Shown here: positions 23,803-36,009 of the stretch, piece by piece | How the letters are laid out: each line of letters begins with the position of its first letter | Numbering within the stretch: position 1 is the first letter of the stretch | Source: Paraglomus brasilianum | Lineage: Eukaryota | DNA length: 49,996 nt | Reading direction: 5' to 3' | Assembly (NCBI GenBank): GCA_910592345.1 | Contig: CAJVPI010000140.1 | Location: 1-49,996 of the forward strand | Made by a program: the position numbers and the translations under genes | Notes under the pieces: generated by a model | Told to the model about the DNA's origin: nothing | Database searches by the model: none | Seen by the model: the letters and a program-made list of their open reading frames with translations, nothing else

Positions 23803-25186
23803 TGAGGGGAGAGATTATGTGTTTACGATTTTAATTTTCAAATGAGCAAAATATTGTAATGGTTGAAGAGTTTGGGGGATAATGTCTTTAAATACGTTTA
23901 TGGTTGAATGGCGGAACCGAAAACATGCATAAAACATTCAATCTTATATGGAGCCTACGCGCATAAAAATGTGGGTTGTTTAAGAATGTGAGTTAAGTGA
24001 GTTAACCGTGTTTAATCATCAAGTAGACTTGGTTCGAAAATTGCACAACGGTCAACTTGCGATTGTTATTAACTAGGAATAGTATTAGCTATAATCGAGA
24101 TACGATAAACAGTGTTCATGAGAGGCTATTGTTGTGTCGATTAATGGAAACCGTTGCTTGACCTAATTGATTTTGTTCGCCACCAAATAAAGAATGATAC
24201 ATAGTAAAATAATAATCTTATTCTTGTGCTCAAACATAACTGATGACGATAACAAAAAACGGAAATTTGCATGTTTAAGCAACCTTCTTCGATGACGAGG
24301 CTAATAATAATAATTTACTTTATTGAACTGGAACAGTTGGGACTTGTACATAAATGCTTATCGCTTTGCAGTAGCACTGCTTTTGATCGTGAATATTTCT
24401 GCTTGAAATTACCGGATTTTGTTGAATTCCACCACATCATCAGGTAAACGTTCCGCATACACGAAAGATCATTATAATTATAACACAATGCAACAATATA
24501 TGTCATAACTTCAATTATAAGTTTTCTTAACGAAACCATACGATGGATGGCTATCGTTTAATTAACAGTCGTTATCATCCTTCTGGAAGTAGCAACGGAA
24601 AAAGAGCTTCGTTATTGTAATTTTAACACAAATAACATATCGAGTTATTATTATTGGTTGGGTATGTCCACAGCAATGGGGAAATTTCATATGGCCAACC
24701 ACGTATTAGTAGGAAATTAAATATATAGTCCATCCACTTTAAAAATATTGGAATCGTAAATATATTTATTATTTGTTCTTTAATACTAAAAGTTGCGCAG
24801 ACTCGAAGCGCTCTCTAAATTTTGATAAAGTGTTCTCAATAGTTTGCCTCCCCAAACCGATATGATGAAATGGGCGAGGGAGGCCCTAAATTGAAACTAG
24901 TCTATTTGCGCATTACACTTCTCAGTTCTATTATAAAATAATCAAAAGTCCTTTTTTTTTGGAGATACACTGTTTCCACGACTACCAATGCTATAATAAC
25001 TATGTCTTTTTTGATGTGATATTTTCTATACGTGTTGTTTTTATGGAATTCTTATTTTTATTAATATATATCATCATTTTATAGACAATTAATTTAACTG
25101 CCCGGTATGTCAAAAATTCTAGTTTTGAGACTGACTACGAATCCTTTTGCGACAAGCTATTGCAATATTAAGAACACACAAACTTA

Positions 25187-27200
25187 TCAAAGGAATAATC
25201 CCTCAATACCACCTTCAGCAGCAGTTTCCTAAATGAAGACAATATTATAGATTAATGTCTATCCACAAAACAGACAAAACGTCCAAGTGGACAATCAATA
25301 GTCAATAATATACTGACCTTAACAAACATTTCAAAGTATGAATATATGATTGTAACGGCCAACAGTATACCGGTACCGGATCCAAGAGCACCTGTTTATC
25401 GCAAAATGGTTTGTAAATATGGCAATTCATCAATGTTCTGCCCTAAAGTTATTCTTCTTACCGAGTAGATCAGCCATAACGGATAAAGCACCGATGCAAG
25501 CACCACCAAAAGCTGCAGCTGTTGGAATTACACGCTTCAACTCCTTGTACACAGATGTGTCACGATGACCGGCAATTATTATTCCTTGATCTTTGAGTTG
25601 TTTAGCGACATCGCGAGGAGAAGAATTGGAAACTTCAATCCACGTCTTGGAAAACAAAGCACAGGCCGACAAAGTGAACGTGACATATAAAACCGTGTGT
25701 ATAGGATCCTTAAGTGCGTCGAGAATGCTATGTGGAGGAGAGATGAAATACGCAAGGCCGCTTGAAGCATATTGCTGACTAGAGCCTTCATGTGTCTGAT
25801 ATGAAAAGAAAAAGATTTTAGTATATATCCGCAAGAGCAGTTTATTCCCTCGTACTCTCACGGTACTCACCGACCATACACCAAGCATTCTAATAAGGAT
25901 ATTCTCTGGAAATCGGTTGTACATCATTTGTGAGATAAGGAAGATATTCGAAGTCAAGGCTGATTGAAGCATAATGGGCATATTTGATGTATAGAACAGT
26001 TTGACTGGGTAAGTGCTACGCTGTCCACGGGCTCTGCGTGAAATAACAGGTATTTCGACTCTGAATCCCTGGAGATAAATAACAATGGCGAAGACGCTAA
26101 CGGTGGCCAAAAGATTCATAACATTGGGCAAGTTATTGCGATAGAAAGCCTCTTTCAGAGCACGAGTCTTGTCACCACGAGTAATAAGCAAATGGAACAA
26201 TGCGATAATGGCTCCTTCGAACTCAGGTCCACGCCCGGTATTTACAGTAGTCGGGCTGAATGCCTTCCAGATAATAGACTCGCAAATATTTGTGGCAATA
26301 AATAGCGAAATTCCCGATCCGAGACCATATCCTTTTTGCAACAACTCATCCAAAAGCATCGATATTAACCCAGCCATGACCAACTGAATGACCAACAGCA
26401 AACAGACACCAGCCCCAATTTCGGACGGATCACCGTATAGTCCCGTCAAGACAGACACAGTTGCTTGACCGAATGCAAACACCATTGCAAAGAGTTTTTG
26501 CGCACCGTTAAATAGAGCACGGTCTTCTTTCAGAGAATAGTCAACGTCGATAAGACCAGCACCGGCAAGAAGTTGCATGATCATTCCTGAAGTCACAATT
26601 GGGGTGATTCCGAGTTCCATAAGAGTTCCACGGTTAGAGGCAAGAATTACACGCAGCCAGTAGAGAGGGTCCGATGAGTCTGACGACATGATGCCATATA
26701 ATGGAATTTGGGAGCATACTAAAAAGATAAACAGCGTGACTGCTGTCCAAAGAATCTTCTGCCGGAAAGGGACCTAGTGCGTAGATATATGCATATGCAA
26801 ATATTGTCAGCATGGCAGTAAACGATGTTAAATCATAAAACGACATTATAAATGTTAGAATCACTTGTTGTGAATACTCTAACAATAAATAAATTTATGT
26901 GAAATATTGCATGGCTAATAAACTGTTCCCAGTACCTTTCGATCTGGTGCAGTCACTTCAGGAAGTATGGACATAAACGGCCTGATGAGATGAAGGAATC
27001 GGACTGGAAAGAAATAATAAATCAACGTAATGTTAGTACGAAACAAAGACTTGCCACATACTCAACAAACTCTTTCTCGCATGTCTCTTGTGAGATGGTT
27101 TGAAATCGCATCTCCTGCCAGGACATAACGACATACTGGTACTGATGACCTACAACTTGCTAACAGTTGAAATAAACCGAAACTGATACGCACATCCCAT
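25187..27200 (-). CDS. SEC61: Protein transport protein Sec61 subunit alpha; exons 27200-27194, 27003-26936, 26773-25871, 25795-25462, 25391-25318, 25228-25187
   Basis: [19 protein letters not shown]...[63 protein letters not shown]...[19 protein letters not shown]...[21 protein letters not shown]. All introns GT-AG and in frame. Confidence 0.98.
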
Positions 27201-27574
27201 TGTATAGCTTTTGACCGATGTGAGGATTAGTGTTCTATGAGTGTCCCAACGAAAAGAATGAAAGTTATTGAAAAAGACTAACTGGAAACTTATTTATTTG
27301 TATGCGTGTTGTTTCTACTGTCTATATTAATATCCACTCGTTAAATGGACGTGGTGTCGTATGATTGGTTTATGAAAAATTATCCGAATGTACGATGACA
27401 TCCAATAAAAATGCTCTATTTTTGAGCGCGTGAAGAAAAGGGACGCGCAAAAAATAATCAAAACAAAAAAAGAATCGAAAATTCCTTTGCATTGCCTTTT
27501 ATAAAGATACCATTTTCATTGTAACCCCTGCAGAGTACGCTTGGTCGTTGTATTTATTAGCCTTATTAGCCTTT
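27201..27574. promoter_or_regulatory. Short bidirectional promoter between SEC61 and the ADIP-family gene
   Basis: Divergent start codons about 375 bp apart; contains ATTGG/CCAAT boxes and CGCG-core sites (GAGCGCGTGAA, GACGCGCAAA). Confidence 0.55.
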
Positions 27575-30373
27575 ATGCTCGGTGAGGAAACGATGGATTC
27601 CACTGAAACATTTACTCTACAAAGTGCTGTAGACTATATCAACGTGCAACTCGATGCATTCGGATATTCTTCATCTCTAAACTTTCTTGATAATAGTCGA
27701 GAGAGTACGACGCAGATCATACATTGTATATTTGGATTATTACAGCAGAGACAGGTTTAGTTGGACAGTCTTGTTGGGTGTGAGCTAGAATGGGAGAGCA
27801 TTTAGTATTTACTAGCGAAGAGTATTTAATAGAATAGAAGTGTTATTATGATAGTAATAGGACTCGGGGAACAAAATATAGTTTCCTCATGTGACTGATA
27901 CTTGTAATAATTTTTCGTTCGTTATTCCTGGTTGATAGAAAGACATTGGTTATCAAGATGAAATGAATGATTTGAACAGAAGGCTTCAGAGTGATCTTGA
28001 GCTTCTAACATCAAACTTGGTATGTATTTTAAGATCTTGTAGATTGTTTATGTTATATAAATATTGAAACACTCTACGGTTTGTCTTTACCATTTAGTCA
28101 ACTATACTAATCATTGATCCGTACTCTCGTTATCGATATCTTTAAAAATTACTGTCAGAAAAGCACTAAACAACGTGCAGAAACAAGTGAGCGCGAAGTT
28201 GATTGCTTGAAAACCAAATTAAAGTATGTAATTATGTTTCTACTTTTAAGTGACACACATTTTAATATACTTTCAACACAAGTATCATGTGTCCAAATCC
28301 AGAGATAGTACGGATACATATAAGAATTACTTTATATTTATTATTTGCGTATTTGTTCATACTTGTTATTACGTGTTGACAAAACAAATCCGCCTTCACG
28401 GTAATTATTTGACTACAAATAGCTAAATAAGGGTTATCACGAATTAGATGGGCAGATGACAAACTGCGTGACGAAGTGGAGAAGCATCGAGCTACAAGAG
28501 ATGATTTGTCAAAAACCAAATCCAATTTACAATATACCAAGACTCTATGTACGGTGAGTGTAATATGAATAATTTTAACTAGTTATAGTCGTTGTGGAAA
28601 ACCCGACTTTGCCAGTTTTCCGACGTCAATGTCATCATATTCTTCAGAGATCATGTTTCTCATGCATTGCGCTTTACAACTATTGTTTCTATTTAGCACG
28701 AAGTTCGTAAACGCGAAATCGAATATGAACGCTTTAAAGAACGCATGCAACGTGTCCTGAATGATAGATACAGATCAGCCAAGATTGGACTAAAAATCCT
28801 CAATCCAGCACCCAAGCCGACTAAAAGTATATCAAATAATGGTCGAAACGGACAATCACTCGCCGAGACACCTGCATTTGAGCAACAAAGTGCAGTGAGT
28901 AATAAAGAAAACCAGTGGCGATACCCGGCATTGCATAAAAAGTCGATTAACTGCTCACAAATACATTTATGTAGGACATTGAAATGTTTAAACAAGTAGT
29001 AGCCGACGCTGAAGCACGACAGAATGAGCTAATACACGAGAACTCTAGTCTTCGCCAATTGCTATGCGAAGTACACGGCCAAATTTTGTCATTTTTGGAA
29101 GATCAGGCTGATGTATTAGAGACACCTACACCTGTGAACAACACTGACAGATTCCAGGTTGGTGAACCATTACTTGACTGCGTTGCCTTTAAACCTAATT
29201 TCATCTTGTTCACGGCTATTTCGCTTGCAAATAATTTACTTACCCTTATGTTTATTATATTCGGCCCGTTTTCAATCAAAGACGCCCAACACACGCACTC
29301 TTCGTAATGCAAAATTCCAACTCCCTTATGAAATGTTTGCACAAAATATCGAAACCGAAATTGCCGATATCCTAGAAGTGTTTCGAAATGAATGGGATAA
29401 CCGCCCTGCCGCAATGACCACAGAAGTTGAACAACGAGATCAAGAATTACAATGTCAACAATTAGAAATACAGCAGAGGGAAGAAGAGCTAATGAAGAGG
29501 GAATTGGAGTTGGAAGAAACTAAAGGAGAGTTACAAGTAATAATGAAAGAATTGCAGGGCAAGGATAAGGAGATACGTTCTCAGCAGGAGGAGATTGAGA
29601 GGTTGAAAAATGATATTGGTATGTTTATTAATTAAAAAGTGAGGGCGCAGAGGCATGGAGGTGTAAAACAAGTTGCTAATATCAGCTGTATAACAGAGGA
29701 TGTCACTCAGTGTACGGAGGAAGCACAACGAATAATTGAGAGATTAGAATCAAAGGCATTTGAGGATGGCTTGGATGATATTTCTGTGTATGTATTTTGA
29801 TGCCAACTAATGTCATATTGATGTATTAATATCATAAGTTGCTAAATACCACTATGCATTTACTATTGTCAGACATGAGCTCACAGTACCAGAATACGAT
29901 GCAGCAGATGAAGACATAGAACGAAGGAGAGAACAATTGAATGAGGAGAGAAGAAAATTCACAGAGTCACTGCTTAAATTAGGGAAAGATCGGGAAATAC
30001 TGCTGGTAATTATGGTGCACATTTCGCATATTTGGATGTGGGTTGTTCCAATCCGATATTGACATAACTTGATGATAAACAGCAAGAAAGAGTCGAGTTT
30101 GAAATCGAAAAGCGGCAATGGAGAACTAAGCATCCAATGGGCATTATTCATACACCGTAAGTGTTATATGAGATTGATGATAAAATTTTCTTCATGCACC
30201 CTTTTGGAAAGCTCACGTATTCGTTTTGTTATAGTTGTAGTGCACAAACTTATCAGCGGACGCCTAATACATATTATGCAAGAGGAACGCGGGATGAAGT
30301 TAGTCCATTAACACCATTCCTACGAAAGATTCAAGAGACTCTTGTAAACCGTCATAAAATGATACCTGAATGA
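27575..30373 (+). CDS. Afadin/alpha-actinin-binding (ADIP / SSX2IP / Msd1-family) coiled-coil protein, multi-exon
   Basis: SAVDYINVQLDAFGY...QIIHCIFGLLQQRQ, HEVRKREIEYERFKERMQRVL, VVADAEARQNELIHENSSLRQLL and ERRKFTESLLKLGKDREIL, linked by GT-AG introns. Start is at 27575 or 27593. Confidence 0.82.
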
Positions 30374-30799
30374 ACTGAGCACTTTTTTGTGGTGTAACAT
30401 ATTGACATATCGCGTCTGCAATTTACAAAATACTGCACACGAGATTCCTATCATTGGACACCCCCAGCAATACCATGCAGTGTAATAATAATTGCTTCGG
30501 TTACAGAAATTATTGTCTTATTATTATCGCGTCTAACAAGGCAATTGTGTTATCGTAAATGTATTTGCCGACGAAAAATTTTTTTAGAATAAGCCCATGA
30601 ATAAGCAAAGCTACCTTTCAAATCTCGCAAGAAGTTTTCCGTGCATTATGCTTATTGGTTAGCATGACCGGTAGTGTTATCGTTATATTAATATTTTGAA
30701 ATCGACAAATTGTAGTCCCTGGGAAACTAAGGTTTCTGATCGTATTCACTTTTCATTAAATCACACCTCTAAATCCACACCCTCCCTAAATGCACGATT

Positions 30800-31880
30800 T
30801 GAGAAGCATTCTGATATCAAAGAATAAATAGCAAAGCCACAAGTAAATATTTTGTTTACTAAAAATTATTTTACTCACACAATATGTAAACAATATGCCA
30901 TAACACAAAATAATATAAAGGTACAATCTCTTAATGTGAGTAGACTTTAAATGCTTCAAGTCATCCTCAGAAACCAATGACTTTTACATCACTGCCATCC
31001 ACATAGATAATATTGGAGAACAGTTGTGGTTATAATAGGCTCCACTAAGTTTGTCTCTGAGCTCTAATAATATATTCTCCACCAGTTTTGATGGCAGGCC
31101 ATGTCAACCAGTCTATAATAATAAGTCAAATAATAAAGGTGGTTATCACAAAAATAATAACAAATCCAACCCATTATAATTGTTATAGCAATCCATCATA
31201 ATCAAGCCACATACCTTGGCTCCATCTTGCAAGTATTTACAATTAGCCTGTATTTGCAAAGAATTATTATTATTTTAGTTTATGCTAGTGTTATAGCAGT
31301 GGATTACAACAAGATATCCATACCCAAAAAATCTCAGCATTCAGGTGGTATCTTCTTTTTGTCAGACCCGCCATATTAATATTGTTGGCCCACCCTAACC
31401 AATAGTTTCTGAGTATTTATCAGCCTACAAAAAGATATCCAATGAGTTTCGTACCAAATATTTTAAGGGGGTTTAGAAGATGTGTAATGAGGGATCTGGA
31501 ATATAATTATAATAACCAGCTGTCAATTTTTATCCTTCTTTTTATATTATTATTATACTGATATGAATTTTTATAAACAAAACCAAAAATCCCTTCTTTG
31601 TATATTTTTTATTCATATAATAATAATTGATCATAGGAATTTATATTTACTTCAAATTCTGCAAGTAACTTTGCCTTTTATTGACATCCCACAGCTGCTT
31701 GATTCTGGATCATAAATGCCATATTCTTCTGAGTAGGAAAGGTTTATTAGTGACCCAGCTGGTCTCTTTCTTTTAAGAATGTAATTGCTTTCCAATATTA
31801 ATATGTCAGGTCTTTATTAAAGTATGCTTCATCAGAGGTTGGCTTGCCACTCGAAACTGACATCTCAAAAGTACCTGACA
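30800..31880. mobile_element. CpG-depleted decayed repeat/TE relic truncating the neighbouring pseudogene
   Basis: About 3 CpG counted by eye in roughly 1 kb, far fewer than in the flanks. Broken minus-strand reading frames; family not recognised. Confidence 0.4.
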
Positions 31881-31887
31881 TTGTTTA

Positions 31888-32990
31888 TTATTGCACATGA
31901 GTTACTGCACTGTTTATGAACATAGAAATAAATTCTCTGCAAGTCATCTCATTGACACGGAAGTTGTCCCTTTTTTGCTCCAAGTCCTTGATGAATGTCT
32001 GGAGTGCATTGGAGCCAATAGAAGGGTCTTGATTTGGAAGATTGGCTGCAGAACAAGAATTATCCAAGAAATGATTAATGATAATATGCGATAACATTTG
32101 CAAACAGAAAACATCACATTTGTTACCAATATTAAATTGGCCAATATCAGCCAAAGCCTCACCCCGACGTTTCAGGAACTGCTGAAGAACTTTTGTCAAC
32201 TCCCAGTCACTGTATGCTTTTCTACCTACACGGAATCAAAGAACAAGTCACATTCATGTTCTTACTGCATCTAGTTCATGCTTGCAAACCAACCTTCAAT
32301 CCGAATAAAGAGATGGATTTCATGCTCATTATCTTAATTTTTGATACCACCTTATTAAGCTGATACTCGTTCTCGATTTCCTCATTACTTGCTTTATTAT
32401 CATGTCCGTTGTATATAAGTTGTATATGAAGTGGTATGAGACACCCGGCTGCAGAGTTTCAAACTTTTTTTGACAACAGGTACGAATGAGGTACCAAAAA
32501 CCAGAGGAATGCGGAAACCTTTCCTTGAACCACTTTGTGGAGAGATTACAGCGGACGATAACTACAGGTCAAAGATAAATAAAACTTATTAGCCGTTTAG
32601 CAGGCAAAAGTGGATGAAATCGTTTTCTTACCATCAGAGTCTGACACTGGATAGCGTATGACAAGAGGTGCAGTGGTCAGGTCCTTAAGAAGCATGTCTC
32701 CGCTAAGAGGCTCGTTGCGGTTGTCATAGGAGAAGAACTCGATGTCACTCGGCTCAACGTCTTTGAAGAATTTTTGATGTTCAATAAGTACAACTTTATT
32801 GCTGAAGAATTTTTGATGTTCACAAAGACTATTTCCAAGATCGTCCAAGTCACTGTCAGCTTGTATATGTTTTTTGGGATATTTAAGCTCTCTCGTCGCC
32901 CTCAGGAAGTATCCACAATGTTGGCTTCGCCAAACTGCGGAATCTCCTTTCGATGGTGGAAATAGTTGTGGCTATGTAAGCCCTCGAAAA
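31888..32990 (-). pseudogene. Crinkler (CRN)-like effector-family pseudogene
   Basis: Exon-like fragments KPTLWILPEG, DVEPSDIEFF...PLVIRYP (ubiquitin-like header), KAYSDWELTKVL and NEMTCREFISMFINSAV (helix preceding an REase-fold core). Stops present, a 20-bp internal duplication near 32764/32803, and the C-terminus is missing. Confidence 0.5.
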
Positions 32991-34199
32991 AGTATTATAA
33001 ACTGTATAAAAACTTGATTCTCATGAATTGTGTAACAATTTTTTTATATGGATATGGTCTTACCTGAAAAATGTGCGAAATCACATGGTCGGTAATAAAC
33101 TAATATATAGTATGCATGCCAAAAAAGAGCTGAAAAGGAAAAAATTGCTCCTGGAAGAATGATAGTGCCTGTTAGACAGAAAGAGTCTCAAGTTAAGGCT
33201 CATATTGTAGAAGCATGTATTTAGCATCACTGATACAAAATGTTAACTGTATTTTTATTTCTTGTAATAGAAATAAGTGCTTGCAAATCCAATGGAAGCT
33301 TTTGACAAAATTATTAATCAATATGGAGAAAGATTTATGCTTTTTTATGTATTTATCCTTCTTACTGTTAGTATTAGTATAAATCATTGACCATTAATAT
33401 TAATGTAATAATAATAATTAGACTTTATTTTTTAAAATAGCACTTATGCTGTGTAATATGCATAGAAAAAAAATTCATTTGCAAAATACTTGGCGTTACA
33501 ATTTGTAATGCGCATGTAATTTTTTTCTTGCTGATAGTTCTAACACATTGTGTGGTTGTATTGTGGTTGCATCAGGTTATGTCATGCTATTGACGCGGAA
33601 TTAAAATATTAGTAAAATAAAGCTTTAAATTAGAAGTTTATGAGAATTCGTTAAATAGGAATGCAAAAACATGGTTCAGAAGAAATTATTACATCCCGTA
33701 GCTGGCCAGAATGCAATATATTCTTTACATTTACCAGACATTACAGATAATCGAGTCCAAACTGATAATATCATCTGTGATCACGAGGAAGAAAACAATT
33801 ATGAATGAACTTAAAGTATTATCCCAGCTTCTGTTGGATTATAATAAAAGAACTTTCGAAAAGTTTATGCGAGACATAGAAAAGGAATAGTGCAAATAAG
33901 AAATTGTGATGTGAAATTGAGTATCTGAATATGCAGGCTGACATCTATAAAATCTGATTTTACTTATTAGCTGGGGCTTTTTTTTTTCCTTGCGCTTCTG
34001 CCTAGCCTCTATTTCCTTTTGCAGGTCCAATGGTGTATCAAACCTTAGCGTTAGCCAAATTGCAAGAGGATCATCTTCTGGCCTAGTGAGATAAAATACA
34101 ATCCGTTTTCGAAGGTAGCTATTAATGACCATTGATACATTTTTCACATCGGTATAGTACTAGTTCGTTTTAGTACCCAGGGTTCTCGTGTAGGGGATA

Positions 34200-34990
34200 C
34201 AGTCAACTACCGTTAATTCGTGTCCCCCTTTAATTCGGATTTCCGATAATCCGGACGTTTAACGCCGGGCTCTTTTTTTCATATCCTTTTATTCGTCCGA
34301 CAGCTGTCGTATTGTAAAATACAACTTTAATTCGGCCATTGACTATCATTCCTACATACAGTTGACACTCGAACCTGTTTATACCGAACCAAAATTGCCA
34401 GAACCGATTTTTTATAATTAATAACTTTGAATATAACGAATCTCTGGTAATAGCGAACTCGGGTTATAACGAACAAAAATTCTTCAGCCGGACAGTTCGG
34501 TATGGTATAAATAGTGTCAACTGTATGGTAAAATTATTCTAACGTTAATTTGGACGCTTATTCAAATTCACTCCTTTTAATTCGGACTCTTAATAAACTT
34601 CAACCGTTCAAATTACAAACGATTATCACAGAAACGATACTGCTAAAAAACGTTCCAAACAATATACTCATTTAACTGCCATACAAAAGAAGGAAATCTG
34701 TCAACGTCAAAAAGATAATCCTTATATATCCTATCGTAACCTGGCAAACGAATATTAATATGGAGAAGGAAAAATAAACAATACAAGATATTATTTCTCA
34801 GTCAAAAAAATGGTTAGCTATTGACATTAATGGACATCTACGTACTGTCTGAAAAATAAACCCGGAATGGCCAAACTTAGAACAAGCATTATGGTTATAG
34901 ACAACGACAATAATTGAAAATAATCTTCCACTGAAGCTCGTGTTTATGCGGACCGTTTAGGAATAAAGGATTTTAAAGGAAGTATAAACA
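34200..34990 (+). mobile_element. pogo/Tigger (Tc1-mariner) DNA transposon remnant with CENP-B-type HTH fragments
   Basis: Left end TA|CAGTCAACTACCGTTAATTCG with repeated TTAATTCGG subterminal motifs. Broken ORF HLTAIQKKEICQRQKDNPYISYRNLANEY / TIQDIISQSKKWL / PEWPNLEQALWL / ARVYADRLGIKDFKGS. Confidence 0.75.
34359..34523. mobile_element. 165-bp Tc1/mariner-type MITE nested in the pogo remnant
   Basis: Perfect 11-bp TIR CAGTTGACACT...AGTGTCAACTG, TA on both sides, and an inner inverted pair ATACCGAAC/GTTCGGTAT. Confidence 0.85.
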
Positions 34991-35656
34991 GTCTTCTATC
35001 GAAAATTTTTTTCATTATCCACAATAAACAACTGTGTATTTGAAAAGCAGAATGCTGACTACCAATCACTAATGGCCCAGCAAACAATTACTCAAAGAGC
35101 ACAGGCACCAGCTTCTCAAGCTGTTGAACCTGTTAGGCTGCCGAGAGGTCCACCATCATTAAAAACAGATGAAATTATTATGTAGCCGGATACTTTTTCC
35201 CATAGTATTAGTTAAATATATATATGCTTATTTTGTTTTTCTGAATATTCAAATTTGCAATAGCTTATTAGCAATATTTATTTTTATGGTATACTTTTGG
35301 TTATTGGCTATGTTGAAAGAGTCCGTCACCTTATAAACTCATTTTTTAGGGGTGCGGGTTTCAGTCAATATTGCTTCACTTTCGGATGCAATTTGCCGTC
35401 GTTTCCTCTGTGTTTTGTAAAAATAAAAATTTTCGGTCTCAAGTGATCTAGCCTACATTAGTATTAGATCATCAATAATAAGTAAATATTTGTGGGGTAA
35501 CTACCATGAACAAAGAGCAGTCAGTGCTACTTACTTCAAGTAATTTGAGAATACAGTATGCATCCTCAAGAATTCCGCAGTCACTATCGTCCGATGGTAA
35601 CCTGCATCGATCGACCATTCCCAAATCTATATATTAATATGCCAGCCCCACACCAG

Positions 35657-35733
35657 TCCATGGCATAGAAACACCTTCAGCGTTCAATCGTAGGTGTAAA
35701 CAAATAAAGAACGCAAAACTCCATGGCATAGAA
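35657..35733. mobile_element. 49-bp insertion flanked by a 14-bp direct repeat (TCCATGGCATAGAA)
   Basis: Direct repeats at 35657-35670 and 35720-35733. The insert is the near-identical reverse complement of 8568-8616. Confidence 0.8.
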
Positions 35734-36009
35734 GTTGAGTTCAAGCCCTACACATAAAATGAAATTAACTAGAATGTCAAACCTGAGTAAGTTTAGTGGT
35801 GGTGCAGCTTACAAGACTTACCAACTTGGAGCCAGCCATATATGGTTACACTCGTACGTTTATCATCTGGTACATGTTTGCATTCTCTTAGCAAACGGTT
35901 GATGCCGTCACGCATAACTATCATAAGCTTTAATTTATCGAGATACCACTTCCTACGACAAGCGGTGGGAATTCCAAGAGGTCCTAATCTTCCCGCAACT
36001 TCTCCGTAT

